This document shows positions 19,069 through 28,377 of a stretch of 64,000 bases of DNA, piece by piece; positions within the stretch are counted from its first letter, which is position 1, and every line of letters begins with the position of its first letter. Source of the DNA: Candidatus Sericytochromatia bacterium (GTDB lineage Bacteria > Cyanobacteriota > Sericytochromatia > S15B-MN24 > VGJW01); contig JAYKHS010000026.1 in the NCBI GenBank assembly GCA_035285865.1, positions 64,001-128,000 on the forward strand, read 5' to 3'. The notes under the pieces were generated by a model. The model searched no databases. It had not been told where the DNA came from and worked only from the letters and a program-made list of their open reading frames with translations. The position numbers were made by a program, and so were the translations under genes.

Positions 19069-20021
19069 CGGAAGGCTTCATGGAGACGCGTCTCACGCGT
19101 TTGCTGGGCATTCGCCATCCCGTCATCCAGGCCGGGATGATCTGGGTTTCCGGCGCACGGCTTGCGGCAGCCGTCAGCGAAGCGGGCGGGCTCGGGACGT
19201 TGGGTGCCGGCAGCATGCGGCCAGAAGTGTTCCTCGACCAGGTACGCAAGCTGCGCGCGGCCACCACGCGCCCGTGGGCCGTGAACCTGCCGGTCTTCTA
19301 CCGTCATGTCGAGGAGATCGTGCCCCTTGCGCTACGGGAAGGGTGTCGCATCTTCATCACCTCGGCGGGTAATCCGGCCAAGTGGACGCCCGTCCTCAAG
19401 GATGCCGGCGCCATGGTGCTGCACGTGGTCGCGACGGCGCGGCAGGCCGAGAAGTGCGCGGCGCTCGGCCTCGACGGGGTCGTGGCCGAGGGCTTCGAGG
19501 CCGGCGGGCACAACGGCCCGGACGAGTTGACCACCATGGTGCTGGTGCCCCAGGTCGTGCGTGCCGTGGACATTCCGGTCGTGGCGGCAGGTGGCGTGGT
19601 CGACGGCGCGTCGATGGCGGCGGCTTTGGCGCTGGGGGCTGATGGAGTCCAAGTCGGCACCCGTTTCGCGTGTACCGTCGAGTCTTCGGCTCATCCTGCC
19701 TACAAGCAGGCCATCATGGGTGCAGGCGAGACTGACACCGTGTTGGCGCTGAAGTCCGTCATGCCGGTTCGCCTCCTGAAGAATGCGTTCTGGCAGCAGG
19801 TGCGGGCAGCAGAGGCGCGTGGGGCCACTCCTGAGGAGCTGCGCGAATTGCTGGGCACGGGCCGACCGCGGCGCGCCATTCATCTGGGCGAACTGGAGGA
19901 TGGCGAGATCGAGGTTGGCCAGGTGGCAGGGGCTATCCGCGACATGCCTCATGCCGCGGACGTCGTGACGGCCATGGTCAGGGAGGCTCGTCAGACGATC
20001 GGCCGTCTGGCAAGGCTCTGA
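19065..20021 (+). CDS. Nitronate monooxygenase / FabK-like enoyl-ACP reductase
   Basis: HPVIQAGM, AAAVSEAGGLG, EGFEAGGH, PVVAAGG, LGADGVQVGTRF. Confidence 0.9.
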   Translation: MTEGFMETRLTRLLGIRHPVIQAGMIWVSGARLAAAVSEAGGLGTLGAGSMRPEVFLDQVRKLRAATTRPWAVNLPVFYRHVEEIVPLALREGCRIFITSAGNPAKWTPVLKDAGAMVLHVVATARQAEKCAALGLDGVVAEGFEAGGHNGPDELTTMVLVPQVVRAVDIPVVAAGGVVDGASMAAALALGADGVQVGTRFACTVESSAHPAYKQAIMGAGETDTVLALKSVMPVRLLKNAFWQQVRAAEARGATPEELRELLGTGRPRRAIHLGELEDGEIEVGQVAGAIRDMPHAADVVTAMVREARQTIGRLARL

Positions 20022-20028
20022 CAGTCTG

Positions 20029-21246
20029 TCAGAATCCGAGGCTGGCCTTGATCTGGTCGTAGGCTGACCGGGCCTTCTCCCTGGATGTGGCGTTGCCGAT
20101 CCGGCCGATGGCCGTGAGCGCTTCGCCAAGGTCCTTGGCCGTATTGACGTTGTCCTCAAGGGCTTCGGCAAGCTGGGTTCGTGTCGCAGAGTCCGTCACC
20201 GCGGCGGCGACTCCGACCAGCTCGCGCCAACGTGCCGTCGCGGCATCCTGGCCCTGGATGCCGTTGGCCCACTGGATCAGGGTAGCCGTCGACTTGTCTG
20301 CTGGCCGGCTGATGCCGGCAGGCCTGAAGCCACCCACCACAAGCGATGACAGGCCACTTGCCTGTGCAAGGTTCGAGACGGCAGGACCGACCTTGCTCGA
20401 GGTCTGGGGGGTACTGTTGCCGCGCGCGGTGGCTGCCGCCTTGATGTTGCGGCTGCCCAGACTGGCGGCGGTAGCCTGGCCACCGGCGACGCGCGCTTGA
20501 ACCACGCTGTTGCCCTGATCACCCCTGAATCCGTACGTATCTCGCGCAAGTTGTCCGGCACCGGCCGACGAGACGGAGGCCAGACTGCGCCGGCTGGCCT
20601 CGGCGATGTCCACACGCGTGCCTGCGAGGGTTGGCCCGATCTTGCCGGTCTTCAGGATGCCCCGCCCGACCTCGACGGGCTTGTCCACCGCTGCGACAGG
20701 GGGCCACGTCCGGTCGTCGTCGGTCTGGTCATAGGTGGTTTCCGGTCCCTCGAAACGCAACTCGCGACCGGAGACCTCGTCCCGCCAACGGGCTACCCGC
20801 TTGCTCGCGTAGCTGTTCCGGCGCTGGAAGGCGTCCCACTGTTCCCATTTGTGGACGGTGTAGTCCACGTAGGGGGTTTCGGTCCAATCCAGGCGATTGA
20901 TGGCGACCTTGGTATGGCTCAGCGTGATCTGGATGCGGCCTTGGACCTTCGTGGAGTAGGTGGGGGCATCCTTGACCTCGAAGGTCTCGAACTTTTTCTG
21001 CGTCGGCTCGGAGACCCGCATCGGCACATCGCGCTCGTTTCGGCGCAGGGTCTGTCGCGAACCGGGAATCTCGGCACCGGTCGCCGTGCGGCGGATTTCC
21101 ACGACACCGGGTTTGAAGGCACTGACCCGCTCCGTGCCCGTGTGGCGGTAGTCGGGCCAGAGGTCCGGAGGACCGGCCATCGCCGGCTGGCTCGTGACCA
21201 GAACGGCAGCGGCGCCAAGCAGGGTCGCGTATGCCTTGCTGTTCAT
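20029..21246 (-). CDS. Secreted hypothetical protein, paralog of 21374-22480
   Basis: Signal peptide (AMA), PDLWPD start of mature protein, RBS AAGGAG. Confidence 0.8.
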   Translation of the reverse strand: MNSKAYATLLGAAAVLVTSQPAMAGPPDLWPDYRHTGTERVSAFKPGVVEIRRTATGAEIPGSRQTLRRNERDVPMRVSEPTQKKFETFEVKDAPTYSTKVQGRIQITLSHTKVAINRLDWTETPYVDYTVHKWEQWDAFQRRNSYASKRVARWRDEVSGRELRFEGPETTYDQTDDDRTWPPVAAVDKPVEVGRGILKTGKIGPTLAGTRVDIAEASRRSLASVSSAGAGQLARDTYGFRGDQGNSVVQARVAGGQATAASLGSRNIKAAATARGNSTPQTSSKVGPAVSNLAQASGLSSLVVGGFRPAGISRPADKSTATLIQWANGIQGQDAATARWRELVGVAAAVTDSATRTQLAEALEDNVNTAKDLGEALTAIGRIGNATSREKARSAYDQIKASLGF

Positions 21247-21323
21247 GGTCTCCACTCCTTGGTTATCGGGACCGATGGTTCCATGCCCACGATCGGCCAG
21301 GGCTCAAACGCCACACGGACGAG

Positions 21324-21353
21324 CGGGGCGGGTTCCGGAAGGAACCCGCCCCG
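21324..21353. terminator. 13-bp perfect hairpin between the paralogs
   Basis: cggggcgggttcc-ggaa-ggaacccgccccg; no U-tract after the stem on the coding (-) strand. Confidence 0.5.
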
Positions 21354-21373
21354 AAAAACGCACAAGCGCGGTG

Positions 21374-22480
21374 TTACCCGCCTTGTCTGCGAAGCGCCGC
21401 CCGCGCCTTCAGGATCTGCTTGGTCGCGTTGAGGATTGCGTCGCGGTTGCTCTTCAGGAGAGCGTTCTTGCGCGCATTTTCCAGCGCAGCCTTGATCTGG
21501 GCATCGGTAGCGTCCGGGTTCTTCAGAAGGGTGAGTGCCGACTGGAGACGAACCGAAACTTGTGACCGAGTGTTCAGGTTGACCAAGCGTGCGGCTGCCT
21601 TCTCGATGGCAGCATTGGCGCGGACCACCACGGGGCTGGCCGCCTGCGCAGACTTGACGCTCCTTGAACCCAGATTCGCAGCAACCTGCCCTGCCGTGGC
21701 CTTCGGAGCTTGCGTGACGCCCTTGGCCGAATCCCCTTGGAACACGCGGGAGGGGCCTTCGCCGCCGCCGCTACCCGCTGCCGTCGAAGCTGCCTGGACC
21801 GTGGCCAGCGACTTACGGGCCACTTCCTTGACCTCGGTACGGGAGGACACGAACCCGGGACCCTTGCGCTCCGACTTGTCGACGCCAGCGCCGACGAAGA
21901 CCTTGGGATCCTCGGCAGCCACCCAGCCGGTGACGGCAGATTCGACGGCCGAATAGCGTGACTCGTGACCGGAGAAGACTTGAGCGGCTCCCGAGACCGG
22001 ATTGGTCCACGTCACCCGGACCGTGCGCCGATAGGGCACGTCCTTCAGGAACTCGTCGCGCTGATCCCACTTCTTGACGGTGTAGTCCTTGAAGGGAGTC
22101 TCGGTCCACGTGTAGCGGAACTTGTCGAACTTGGTCGCCGACATCGTGGAGTGGATGCGGCCCTGAATCTTGGTGCTGAAGACCGGGGCGCCGGGAACCT
22201 CCTCGAAGGACTCATGATTCTGGATCGGGTCCTTCTCACGGAGCGATTCCACGCGCTCGTTGCGCCGGACGGTCTTGCGGGTTCCGGCAACCTCGGTGCC
22301 CGAACCGAGGGGGTCGATGACCTCCTGACCGGCCTTGAACTCATTGACACGCTCGGAGCCGACGAACTTGAAGTCGGGCCAGAGGTCGGGTGCGGCCGAA
22401 GCCTGCGGAACGATGAAGCCCTGAGCGAGAAGGGCCGACAAGGTCGACCAAGCCGCCACCTTGAGACGTCGAGGAGCCAT
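21374..22480 (-). CDS. Secreted hypothetical protein, paralog of 20029-21246
   Basis: Signal peptide (ASA), PDLWPD motif, RBS GGAGG. Confidence 0.8.
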   Translation of the reverse strand: MAPRRLKVAAWSTLSALLAQGFIVPQASAAPDLWPDFKFVGSERVNEFKAGQEVIDPLGSGTEVAGTRKTVRRNERVESLREKDPIQNHESFEEVPGAPVFSTKIQGRIHSTMSATKFDKFRYTWTETPFKDYTVKKWDQRDEFLKDVPYRRTVRVTWTNPVSGAAQVFSGHESRYSAVESAVTGWVAAEDPKVFVGAGVDKSERKGPGFVSSRTEVKEVARKSLATVQAASTAAGSGGGEGPSRVFQGDSAKGVTQAPKATAGQVAANLGSRSVKSAQAASPVVVRANAAIEKAAARLVNLNTRSQVSVRLQSALTLLKNPDATDAQIKAALENARKNALLKSNRDAILNATKQILKARAALRRQGG

Positions 22481-22557
22481 TGGGAGCGCCTCCCTTCATG
22501 ATTGTGATGTTTGCCAGCGATACCTGAGGAGACGCATTCCCCAAGTCGTCGCGTAAT

Positions 22558-23376
22558 TCACAAACCGGGATCGATTCTCCAAGGATTCTTCGTCGCGGCC
22601 TGGATGACCGCGGCGGCGTTGGCCAGCACCTGATCGGCCGTGTGCATCCCGACGAGCACGGCATCGACGAAGGGTCGCGTGGCATTCCACTGGATGCTTT
22701 CCCGCGCCACATCCGCCAGTCGACCCTCTCCGACGGCCTTCATGACCAGCACGCCGCGGCCGGCATCGTGGTGCGCGGCGAGTGCCCGGACGTAGTCTTC
22801 GAGGCTGGCGTCCATATGGTCGCCGAAGCGGTTGAAGTTGGTCATGACGGCATCGAGGTCCCGGTACTCCGGGTGCGTCAGCAGGTGCTCCAGCGTGTCG
22901 ATGTTGTGGGTCGAAAGGGCGATGGCACGAATGTCGCCCTGTGCTCTCCGCGCCCGCACGGCTGCCATGGCAGGTGCGCGCCTGTCGAGTTCCTCCGGTT
23001 CATCGACATCGTGCAGGAAATAGAGGTCAATCCACGACAGACCCATCTCGCGCAGGGCGGCGTCGATGCCCTCGTGTGTCGCGCTGCCCGTCGTCGCGTG
23101 CGTCTTGCTGGAGATCTGGACCTGATCCCGATCGGTCCCGACAAGGCCCTCACGCACGTGGCGGTGGGTCTGGTAGTCGTCCGAAGTGTCCCACCACGTG
23201 ATGCCCACATCCAATCCGAGGCGCATCAGGCCTCCGAGCTCGGCAGGATTCAGGGCACTCTGTGAGCTGGGGTGCCCGTTGCTGGCGGTCGTCCCGGTAC
23301 CGAAGCCCAGCAGGGACAGTTCGACTGCAGAGCGGCCGACGCGTCGGCGCGGCATCGCCTCTTCGTCGAGGATCAT
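22558..23376 (-). CDS. Aldo/keto reductase
   Basis: LSLLGFGT, WWDTSDDY, ISSKT, IDLYFLHD, IALSTH, LVMK. Confidence 0.88.
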   Translation of the reverse strand: MILDEEAMPRRRVGRSAVELSLLGFGTGTTASNGHPSSQSALNPAELGGLMRLGLDVGITWWDTSDDYQTHRHVREGLVGTDRDQVQISSKTHATTGSATHEGIDAALREMGLSWIDLYFLHDVDEPEELDRRAPAMAAVRARRAQGDIRAIALSTHNIDTLEHLLTHPEYRDLDAVMTNFNRFGDHMDASLEDYVRALAAHHDAGRGVLVMKAVGEGRLADVARESIQWNATRPFVDAVLVGMHTADQVLANAAAVIQAATKNPWRIDPGL

Positions 23377-23924
23377 TCCGTGACGAGGGCCGGATCCGCC
23401 AGCCAGTACCGTTCCCACTCGGCGATCTGGGCGAGGCTGCTCATATCCTCCATGCGATCCAGGAAGACCTTGCCCACGAGGTGATCGGTCTCATGCTGGG
23501 CCACGACGGCCGGGAAGTCCTCGAGCTCCAGGTGTTGTTCCTCGCCGTGGCGATCGAGGAAGCGCAGCGCAATGCGCCGCACGCGCCTGACCTTGCCCCT
23601 CAGGCCGTCCACGGAAAGGCAGCCCTCCCAGACCTCGATGCGTTCGTCCGTGAGGAACGTGATTTCCGGGTTCACGAGCACGGTCAAGGGCCAGGTCGGA
23701 GCTGCAGGGTAGCGCGGATTCGCGGCCATCTCGATGATCTGGATCTGTTTGGAGACCGAGACCTGAGGGGCTGCGAGGCCGATGCCGGCGGCCGCCCGCA
23801 TGGTCTCGATCATGTCGTCGATCAGGCGCTGGGTCTCTGGGGACGCCAGCTCTTCCGGCGTCACGGGTTCCGCCATGCGGCGAAGGACGGGATTGCCAAG
23901 CTTGGCGATCTCCAGCAAGGCCAC
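23373..23924 (-). CDS. def: Peptide deformylase
   Basis: GIGLAAPQV, EGCLS, QHETDHL. Confidence 0.97.
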   Translation of the reverse strand: MALLEIAKLGNPVLRRMAEPVTPEELASPETQRLIDDMIETMRAAAGIGLAAPQVSVSKQIQIIEMAANPRYPAAPTWPLTVLVNPEITFLTDERIEVWEGCLSVDGLRGKVRRVRRIALRFLDRHGEEQHLELEDFPAVVAQHETDHLVGKVFLDRMEDMSSLAQIAEWERYWLADPALVTE

Positions 23925-23963
23925 GGGCATTCCTCCTGTCGCGAATATTTTACCCCCAAAGCA

Positions 23964-23993
23964 GAAGCCCCCTGCCCTGGGGCGGGGGGCTTC
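23964..23993 (-). terminator. Intrinsic terminator after the flp operon
   Basis: GC-rich stem gaagccccccgccc/gggcagggggcttc followed by tgcttt on the - strand. Confidence 0.6.
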
Positions 23994-24003
23994 CAAGTGC
24001 TGG

Positions 24004-24255
24004 CTACTTGCCGAAAAGGCCCATCAGGAAGGCGGCTGCCTTGTTCACGATAGGGCCGAGGAACTGGTCCCAGATGTTGGTGAAGAAGCTCATGATGCCG
24101 ACCTTGGTCGGGGTCGATGCCGGTGTAGCCGATGGCACGAAGGCATCTCCGGCCATCGGACGCGGCTGGACGGGGGCTGCGGGCTGGGCCGAGGGAGCGC
24201 CCCAAGGCGAGACGCTCGGGATCATGGGGTTGGCGGCGACTGCGGGTGCTTGCAT
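24004..24255 (-). CDS. Small Pro/Ala-rich protein with C-terminal amphipathic helix
   Basis: RBS AGGAG; 83 aa; follows Flp pilin by 11 nt. Confidence 0.7.
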   Translation of the reverse strand: MQAPAVAANPMIPSVSPWGAPSAQPAAPVQPRPMAGDAFVPSATPASTPTKVGIMSFFTNIWDQFLGPIVNKAAAFLMGLFGK

Positions 24256-24266
24256 GGTCGTCTCTC

Positions 24267-24428
24267 CTACTTCATGTTCTTGAGCAAGGTATCGAGCGCC
24301 TTGTTGGACTGGTCGCCGATGGCACGGAAGCCACCCACGCACACCGCCGCGATGACGGCCACGATGATGCCGTACTCGACCATGCTCTGGCCGGATTCGT
24401 CGTGCACGAGGGTCTTCAGAAAGGTCAT
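24267..24428 (-). CDS. flp: Flp family (type IVc) major pilin
   Basis: DESGQSMVEYGII leader/Flp motif; 53 aa; RBS GAGGAGG. Confidence 0.92.
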   Translation of the reverse strand: MTFLKTLVHDESGQSMVEYGIIVAVIAAVCVGGFRAIGDQSNKALDTLLKNMK

Positions 24429-24528
24429 CGGCGCGCCTCCTCGATGGTGCCGGTGGGGTCCACGTTGTTGTCGGACCAACCGTTTCCTTATCGGTAAAGG
24501 CGCGGAAAAGCTGTGCTGAAGGTTCGGC

Positions 24529-24708
24529 TCAGGGAGCCTGGGACAGCGCTTTGTGGTGCTGGAGAAGCTGCCGGGAGAGTGCTGCCTGCACGAGTCGGGT
24601 GGCAAGGGCCACACCGATCGTGATGGCGGCGGCGATGAGGCCGTATTCCACCATGGCCTGGGCGTCCTCGCCGCGTACGAGACGCCCAAGGAAGGTCTCG
24701 TCGGCCAC
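24529..24708 (-). CDS. Second Flp family pilin
   Basis: EDAQAMVEYGLI motif; 59 aa. Confidence 0.8.
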   Translation of the reverse strand: MADETFLGRLVRGEDAQAMVEYGLIAAAITIGVALATRLVQAALSRQLLQHHKALSQAP

Positions 24709-24710
24709 GG

Positions 24711-25283
24711 TCAGTTGCCGCCCGCGAAAGCCACCGGAACGAGTACCTCCAGCGCCACCGGCCACTGGGCGTCATCCGTCCCCTTGAGCACGGCGGCGAT
24801 GGTTACGGGCGCGTTGGTGCGCGTCTTCCCGTACTCCAGGACGCCGTTGGAGACGATGGGCAACTCGGCTTTGCCCTGTCCCAGGACGAGCTTCTGCTGG
24901 TCCTGGCCGACCGGGCTGACGGTGCCGGCCCTCGGGTCTTCGCGCAGCGTGGAGGGGGCAACCCGCAGGCTGATGGGGAGCTGGGCACGCTGGCCACCGC
25001 CGAACAGGCCCAGCAGGTTGCCCGGGTTGGCCGGGTCAAGCGCCGTAACTTCCATAGCGTTGAAGGTGGCACCCGGACTGCCCGGAGCTCCCTCGATAGT
25101 AACGACCGGATTCTTGAAGGAGGCCGTCACCTCGTTGGTGGCTCCCTTGGCGTAGGTGACCGTGACGCTGGCCGGTTCCACCGACCGGATGGCCAGTTTG
25201 GCCGAGAAGTTGACGAAAGGAAGCGGGACGCCGCAACCAACGAGGAGGATGCTTGCGAGACCCGGAACGAGCTGCGTCCGCAT
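24711..25283 (-). CDS. Lipoprotein, beta-rich
   Basis: Lipobox LLVGC; ATG overlaps the pilT-like stop. Confidence 0.75.
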   Translation of the reverse strand: MRTQLVPGLASILLVGCGVPLPFVNFSAKLAIRSVEPASVTVTYAKGATNEVTASFKNPVVTIEGAPGSPGATFNAMEVTALDPANPGNLLGLFGGGQRAQLPISLRVAPSTLREDPRAGTVSPVGQDQQKLVLGQGKAELPIVSNGVLEYGKTRTNAPVTIAAVLKGTDDAQWPVALEVLVPVAFAGGN

Positions 25284-26383
25284 CACCCCGTGAGGCCCGC
25301 CTGGAAGGAGCTGCCGGAACCGTGGTAGGCGCCGCGCATCATGCGCTGGAGTTCGTTGGGCGACTCGGAATAGGAAAGCGCATCATCCAGCGAGATCAGG
25401 TCATCCTGATAGAGGTTGAAGAGCGCCTGGTTCATCGACTGCATGCCTTCCATGGAGCCTTGGTTCAGGACCGTGTAGAGTCCGTCGATCTCGTTCTTGG
25501 AGATCAGGTCCACGACCGTCGGTGTCGAGACCAGCACCTCGATGGCGGCCACGCGCCCCTGGCCGCTCGCCCGGGGAATCAGGCGCTGCGAGATGGAGCC
25601 CCGCAGGATCTGCGAGAGCTGCAGGCGGATGCCGTCCTGCTCGTGCGGGTCGAAGGTGCTGATGACCCGGATGATGGTCTGGACGGCATCTGTCGTGTGG
25701 AGCGTCGAGAGCACGAGGTGGCCGGTTTCTGCGGCCTTGACGGCGGCCATGATGGTCTCCTGGTCGCGCATCTCACCGATCAGGATGACGTCCGGGTCCT
25801 GCCGCAGGGCGTACTTGATGGCATTGGGGAAGGACATGGTGTCCTGACCGACCTCACGCTGCGTGACGACGGACTTCTTGCTCGTATAGACGAACTCGAC
25901 GGGGTCTTCGACGGTGATGATGTGAACGTCCTTGGTCGTGTTCACGAACTCAAGCATGGCCGTCAGCGTCGTGGATTTTCCGGAGCCCGTGGGGCCGGTG
26001 CACAGGATCAGGCCCTGACGTTCGAGCGCCAATTTCTTGATGACGGGCGGCAGATCGAGCGCATCGACGGTCGGGGTCTTGATCGGGATGACCCGCATGG
26101 CGGCACCGATGTTTCCCTGTTCGAAGTAGACGTTCACCCGGAAGCGTGACAGGCCCTCGATGGTCAGCGAGATGTCCAGCTCGCGCGATTGTTCGAACTG
26201 CTGGCGCTGGTCTGCGCTCATCAGGGAGTAGAGGGCCTGCCGCGTGTCCGCGGGCGTCAGCGCCTTGTATTCCGTGGGGACGATGCGGCCGTCGATTCGC
26301 AGGATGGGCGGGCTGCCCACCTTGATGTGGATGTCCGAAGCCCGCTTCTGGACGGCGTTGCGCAAGAAGTCGAGAATATTCAT
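25283..26383 (-). CDS. pilT: PilT/PilU family type IV pilus retraction ATPase
   Basis: ASDIHI, RFRVNVY, GPTGSGKSTT, TVEDPVE, LRQDPDVILIGEMRD, AAETGHLVLSTLHT; lacks the AIRNLIRE motif (PilU/PilT2-like). Confidence 0.9.
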   Translation of the reverse strand: MNILDFLRNAVQKRASDIHIKVGSPPILRIDGRIVPTEYKALTPADTRQALYSLMSADQRQQFEQSRELDISLTIEGLSRFRVNVYFEQGNIGAAMRVIPIKTPTVDALDLPPVIKKLALERQGLILCTGPTGSGKSTTLTAMLEFVNTTKDVHIITVEDPVEFVYTSKKSVVTQREVGQDTMSFPNAIKYALRQDPDVILIGEMRDQETIMAAVKAAETGHLVLSTLHTTDAVQTIIRVISTFDPHEQDGIRLQLSQILRGSISQRLIPRASGQGRVAAIEVLVSTPTVVDLISKNEIDGLYTVLNQGSMEGMQSMNQALFNLYQDDLISLDDALSYSESPNELQRMMRGAYHGSGSSFQAGLTG

Positions 26384-26396
26384 GCGTGGGCCCGCC

Positions 26397-27002
26397 TCAG
26401 ACCGATCCGCCGCCCCGGGCCACGTTGGCCAAGGGGTAGCCGACGCACTTCTGGGCGAAGCGCGAAATGTCGAAGAGGTTCCGCACTTGGTCCGGTGCCG
26501 TCGATTCCATGGCCCATGTTTCCACTGTCTGGCCCCGTTCGTCCGCGAAGACAAGCAGGATGGAGATGTTCGACGGGATGAACTTGCCGGGTTGGACTGT
26601 GCGCAGCTCGTCGGGAGCCGGGGGGTCATACTTCACCTGCACGTCGGTGATCGTGTGGATCTTGCGCTTGCGCAGGTGATGCGTCTTGGGGAACAGTGCG
26701 ATGTTGATGAAGTAGGCGCTGGTCACCAGCACCACGTCGATCGAGTAGAAGTTGTTGGCGTCAGCCCCGGTTCCACCCGCACCCATGTCGAATGAGTAGT
26801 AGCACGCCACGATCATGTCCTGTGGGTGGATCAGGTCGTAAAGGCTCTGGACCAGCACCATGCCGGCCCCACCGGCCTGCTGTGCGCGTCGGAGCAGGTC
26901 GGCGAGCCGCGGATGCTGGAAGGCGTTGGGTGGCTGGGCCGGAGGTTGTTGGCCCGTGGCAGCGGGGGCCTGCGCGGTGATGGCCGTTGATTCGGCGGTC
27001 AT
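26397..27002 (-). CDS. Hypothetical protein
   Basis: Coding-like ORF between serS and pilT; alternative start 27041. Confidence 0.7.
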   Translation of the reverse strand: MTAESTAITAQAPAATGQQPPAQPPNAFQHPRLADLLRRAQQAGGAGMVLVQSLYDLIHPQDMIVACYYSFDMGAGGTGADANNFYSIDVVLVTSAYFINIALFPKTHHLRKRKIHTITDVQVKYDPPAPDELRTVQPGKFIPSNISILLVFADERGQTVETWAMESTAPDQVRNLFDISRFAQKCVGYPLANVARGGGSV

Positions 27003-27059
27003 GGCGGATCCTGGGCAAGTGAGGGCAATCGATCCGACCATGCCCCCCTTCGCACGGGG

Positions 27060-28358
27060 CTAAACCGCGCGCGCTTGCCCCAGGACGGAGAGCCCGCCCA
27101 TGTAGGGCACCAGGGCATCGGGCACGCGGACGGTGCCGTCCCCTTGCAGGCCGTTTTCGAGGATAGCGGCCAGGCATCGGCCGACGGCCACGCCGGATCC
27201 GTTCAGACTGTACGGGTGGCGAAGCGTCTCGCCGTCCCGGAAGCGGGTCTGGCCCCGACGGGTCTGGAAATCGGTACAGAGCGAGCAGGAGCTGATCTCG
27301 CGGTACCTGCCCTGGCTGGGGAACCAGACCTCGAGGTCGTACGTGATGGCGCTGTTGAAGCCCAGGTCGGCCGTGCACAGCCTGACCACGCGGTAGGGCA
27401 GGCCCAGGGTCTGCAGGACGCGTTCGGCGTCGGCCACCATGCCTTCCAGAGCCGTGATGCCTTCCTCGGGGGCCACGAGCTTGACGAGCTCCACCTTGCG
27501 GAACTCGTGGACCCGGATCATGCCCTTGGTATCCCGGCCAGCCGCCCCCGCCTCCGAGCGGAAACACGACGTGCCGGCCGTCAGGTGCATCGGGAGTTGG
27601 TCGGCATCCATGATCTGGCCCCGGGCCATGTTGGTCAGCGGCACCTCGGCCGTCGGGATCAGGTACAGGGGCCAGCCCGTTACCTGGAAGAGCTGGTCAT
27701 GGAACTTCGGCAGGTTGCCGTTGGCCGTGAGCGTGTCGGCATTGGCCAGGGTCGGCGGCAGGATCTCGGTGTAGCCGTGGGCCAGGTGCAGGTCCAGCAT
27801 GAAGTTGAGCAGGGCGCGTTCGAGCCGGGCTCCTTGGCCCTTGAGCAGAACGAATCGCGAGCCCGCGAGCCGGGTTGCCTCTTCGGTGGCCAGCAGCCCG
27901 AGTCGTTCGCCGATTTCCTCGTGGGGTTCGGCTGCGTGGGTGAAGGTGGGTGGAGTGCCCCAGCGTCGCACTTCCACGTTGTCGTCTTCGGAGTTTCCGA
28001 CGGGCACCGAGGCGTCCGGGATGTTCGGGATCTGGTACAGCAGGCCTTCTGCCGGATCGAGGCGGGCATGCTGGTTCTGCGCCAACTCGCCCTCGAGGCT
28101 CGTCAGGGTCTCGCCGAGCGTGCGGACCTCGGCCTGCAAGGCATCGGCATCGCCCGCGGCCTTGCCTGTGCGGATGGCCCCGATGGCCTTGCTTTTCGTA
28201 TTGCGCTCCTGGCGCAGCGTGTCGATACGGGCCTGAAGATTCCGGAAGGCCGCGTCCATCTCGAGCAGGCGATCGACCTTGCCGGGGTCGTCGCCGCGAT
28301 GGCGCAGGGCCGTGCGAACGGTCTCGGGTTCCTGGCGGATCAGCTTGATGTCGAGCAA
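27060..28358 (-). CDS. serS: Serine--tRNA ligase
   Basis: MLDIKLIR, LIPTAEVPL, CFRSEAG, REISSCS, LNGSGVAVGR. Confidence 0.98.
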   Translation of the reverse strand: MLDIKLIRQEPETVRTALRHRGDDPGKVDRLLEMDAAFRNLQARIDTLRQERNTKSKAIGAIRTGKAAGDADALQAEVRTLGETLTSLEGELAQNQHARLDPAEGLLYQIPNIPDASVPVGNSEDDNVEVRRWGTPPTFTHAAEPHEEIGERLGLLATEEATRLAGSRFVLLKGQGARLERALLNFMLDLHLAHGYTEILPPTLANADTLTANGNLPKFHDQLFQVTGWPLYLIPTAEVPLTNMARGQIMDADQLPMHLTAGTSCFRSEAGAAGRDTKGMIRVHEFRKVELVKLVAPEEGITALEGMVADAERVLQTLGLPYRVVRLCTADLGFNSAITYDLEVWFPSQGRYREISSCSLCTDFQTRRGQTRFRDGETLRHPYSLNGSGVAVGRCLAAILENGLQGDGTVRVPDALVPYMGGLSVLGQARAV

Positions 28359-28377
28359 TTGCGGGGCCTCGGCTGGG

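Noticed and set aside
21262..24495. Sigma28-like -10 boxes (CCCGATAA before 21246, ACCGATAA before flp)
   Set aside because: No TAAA -35 at the proper spacing, and the local sigma lacks the residues for this box; too weak to call
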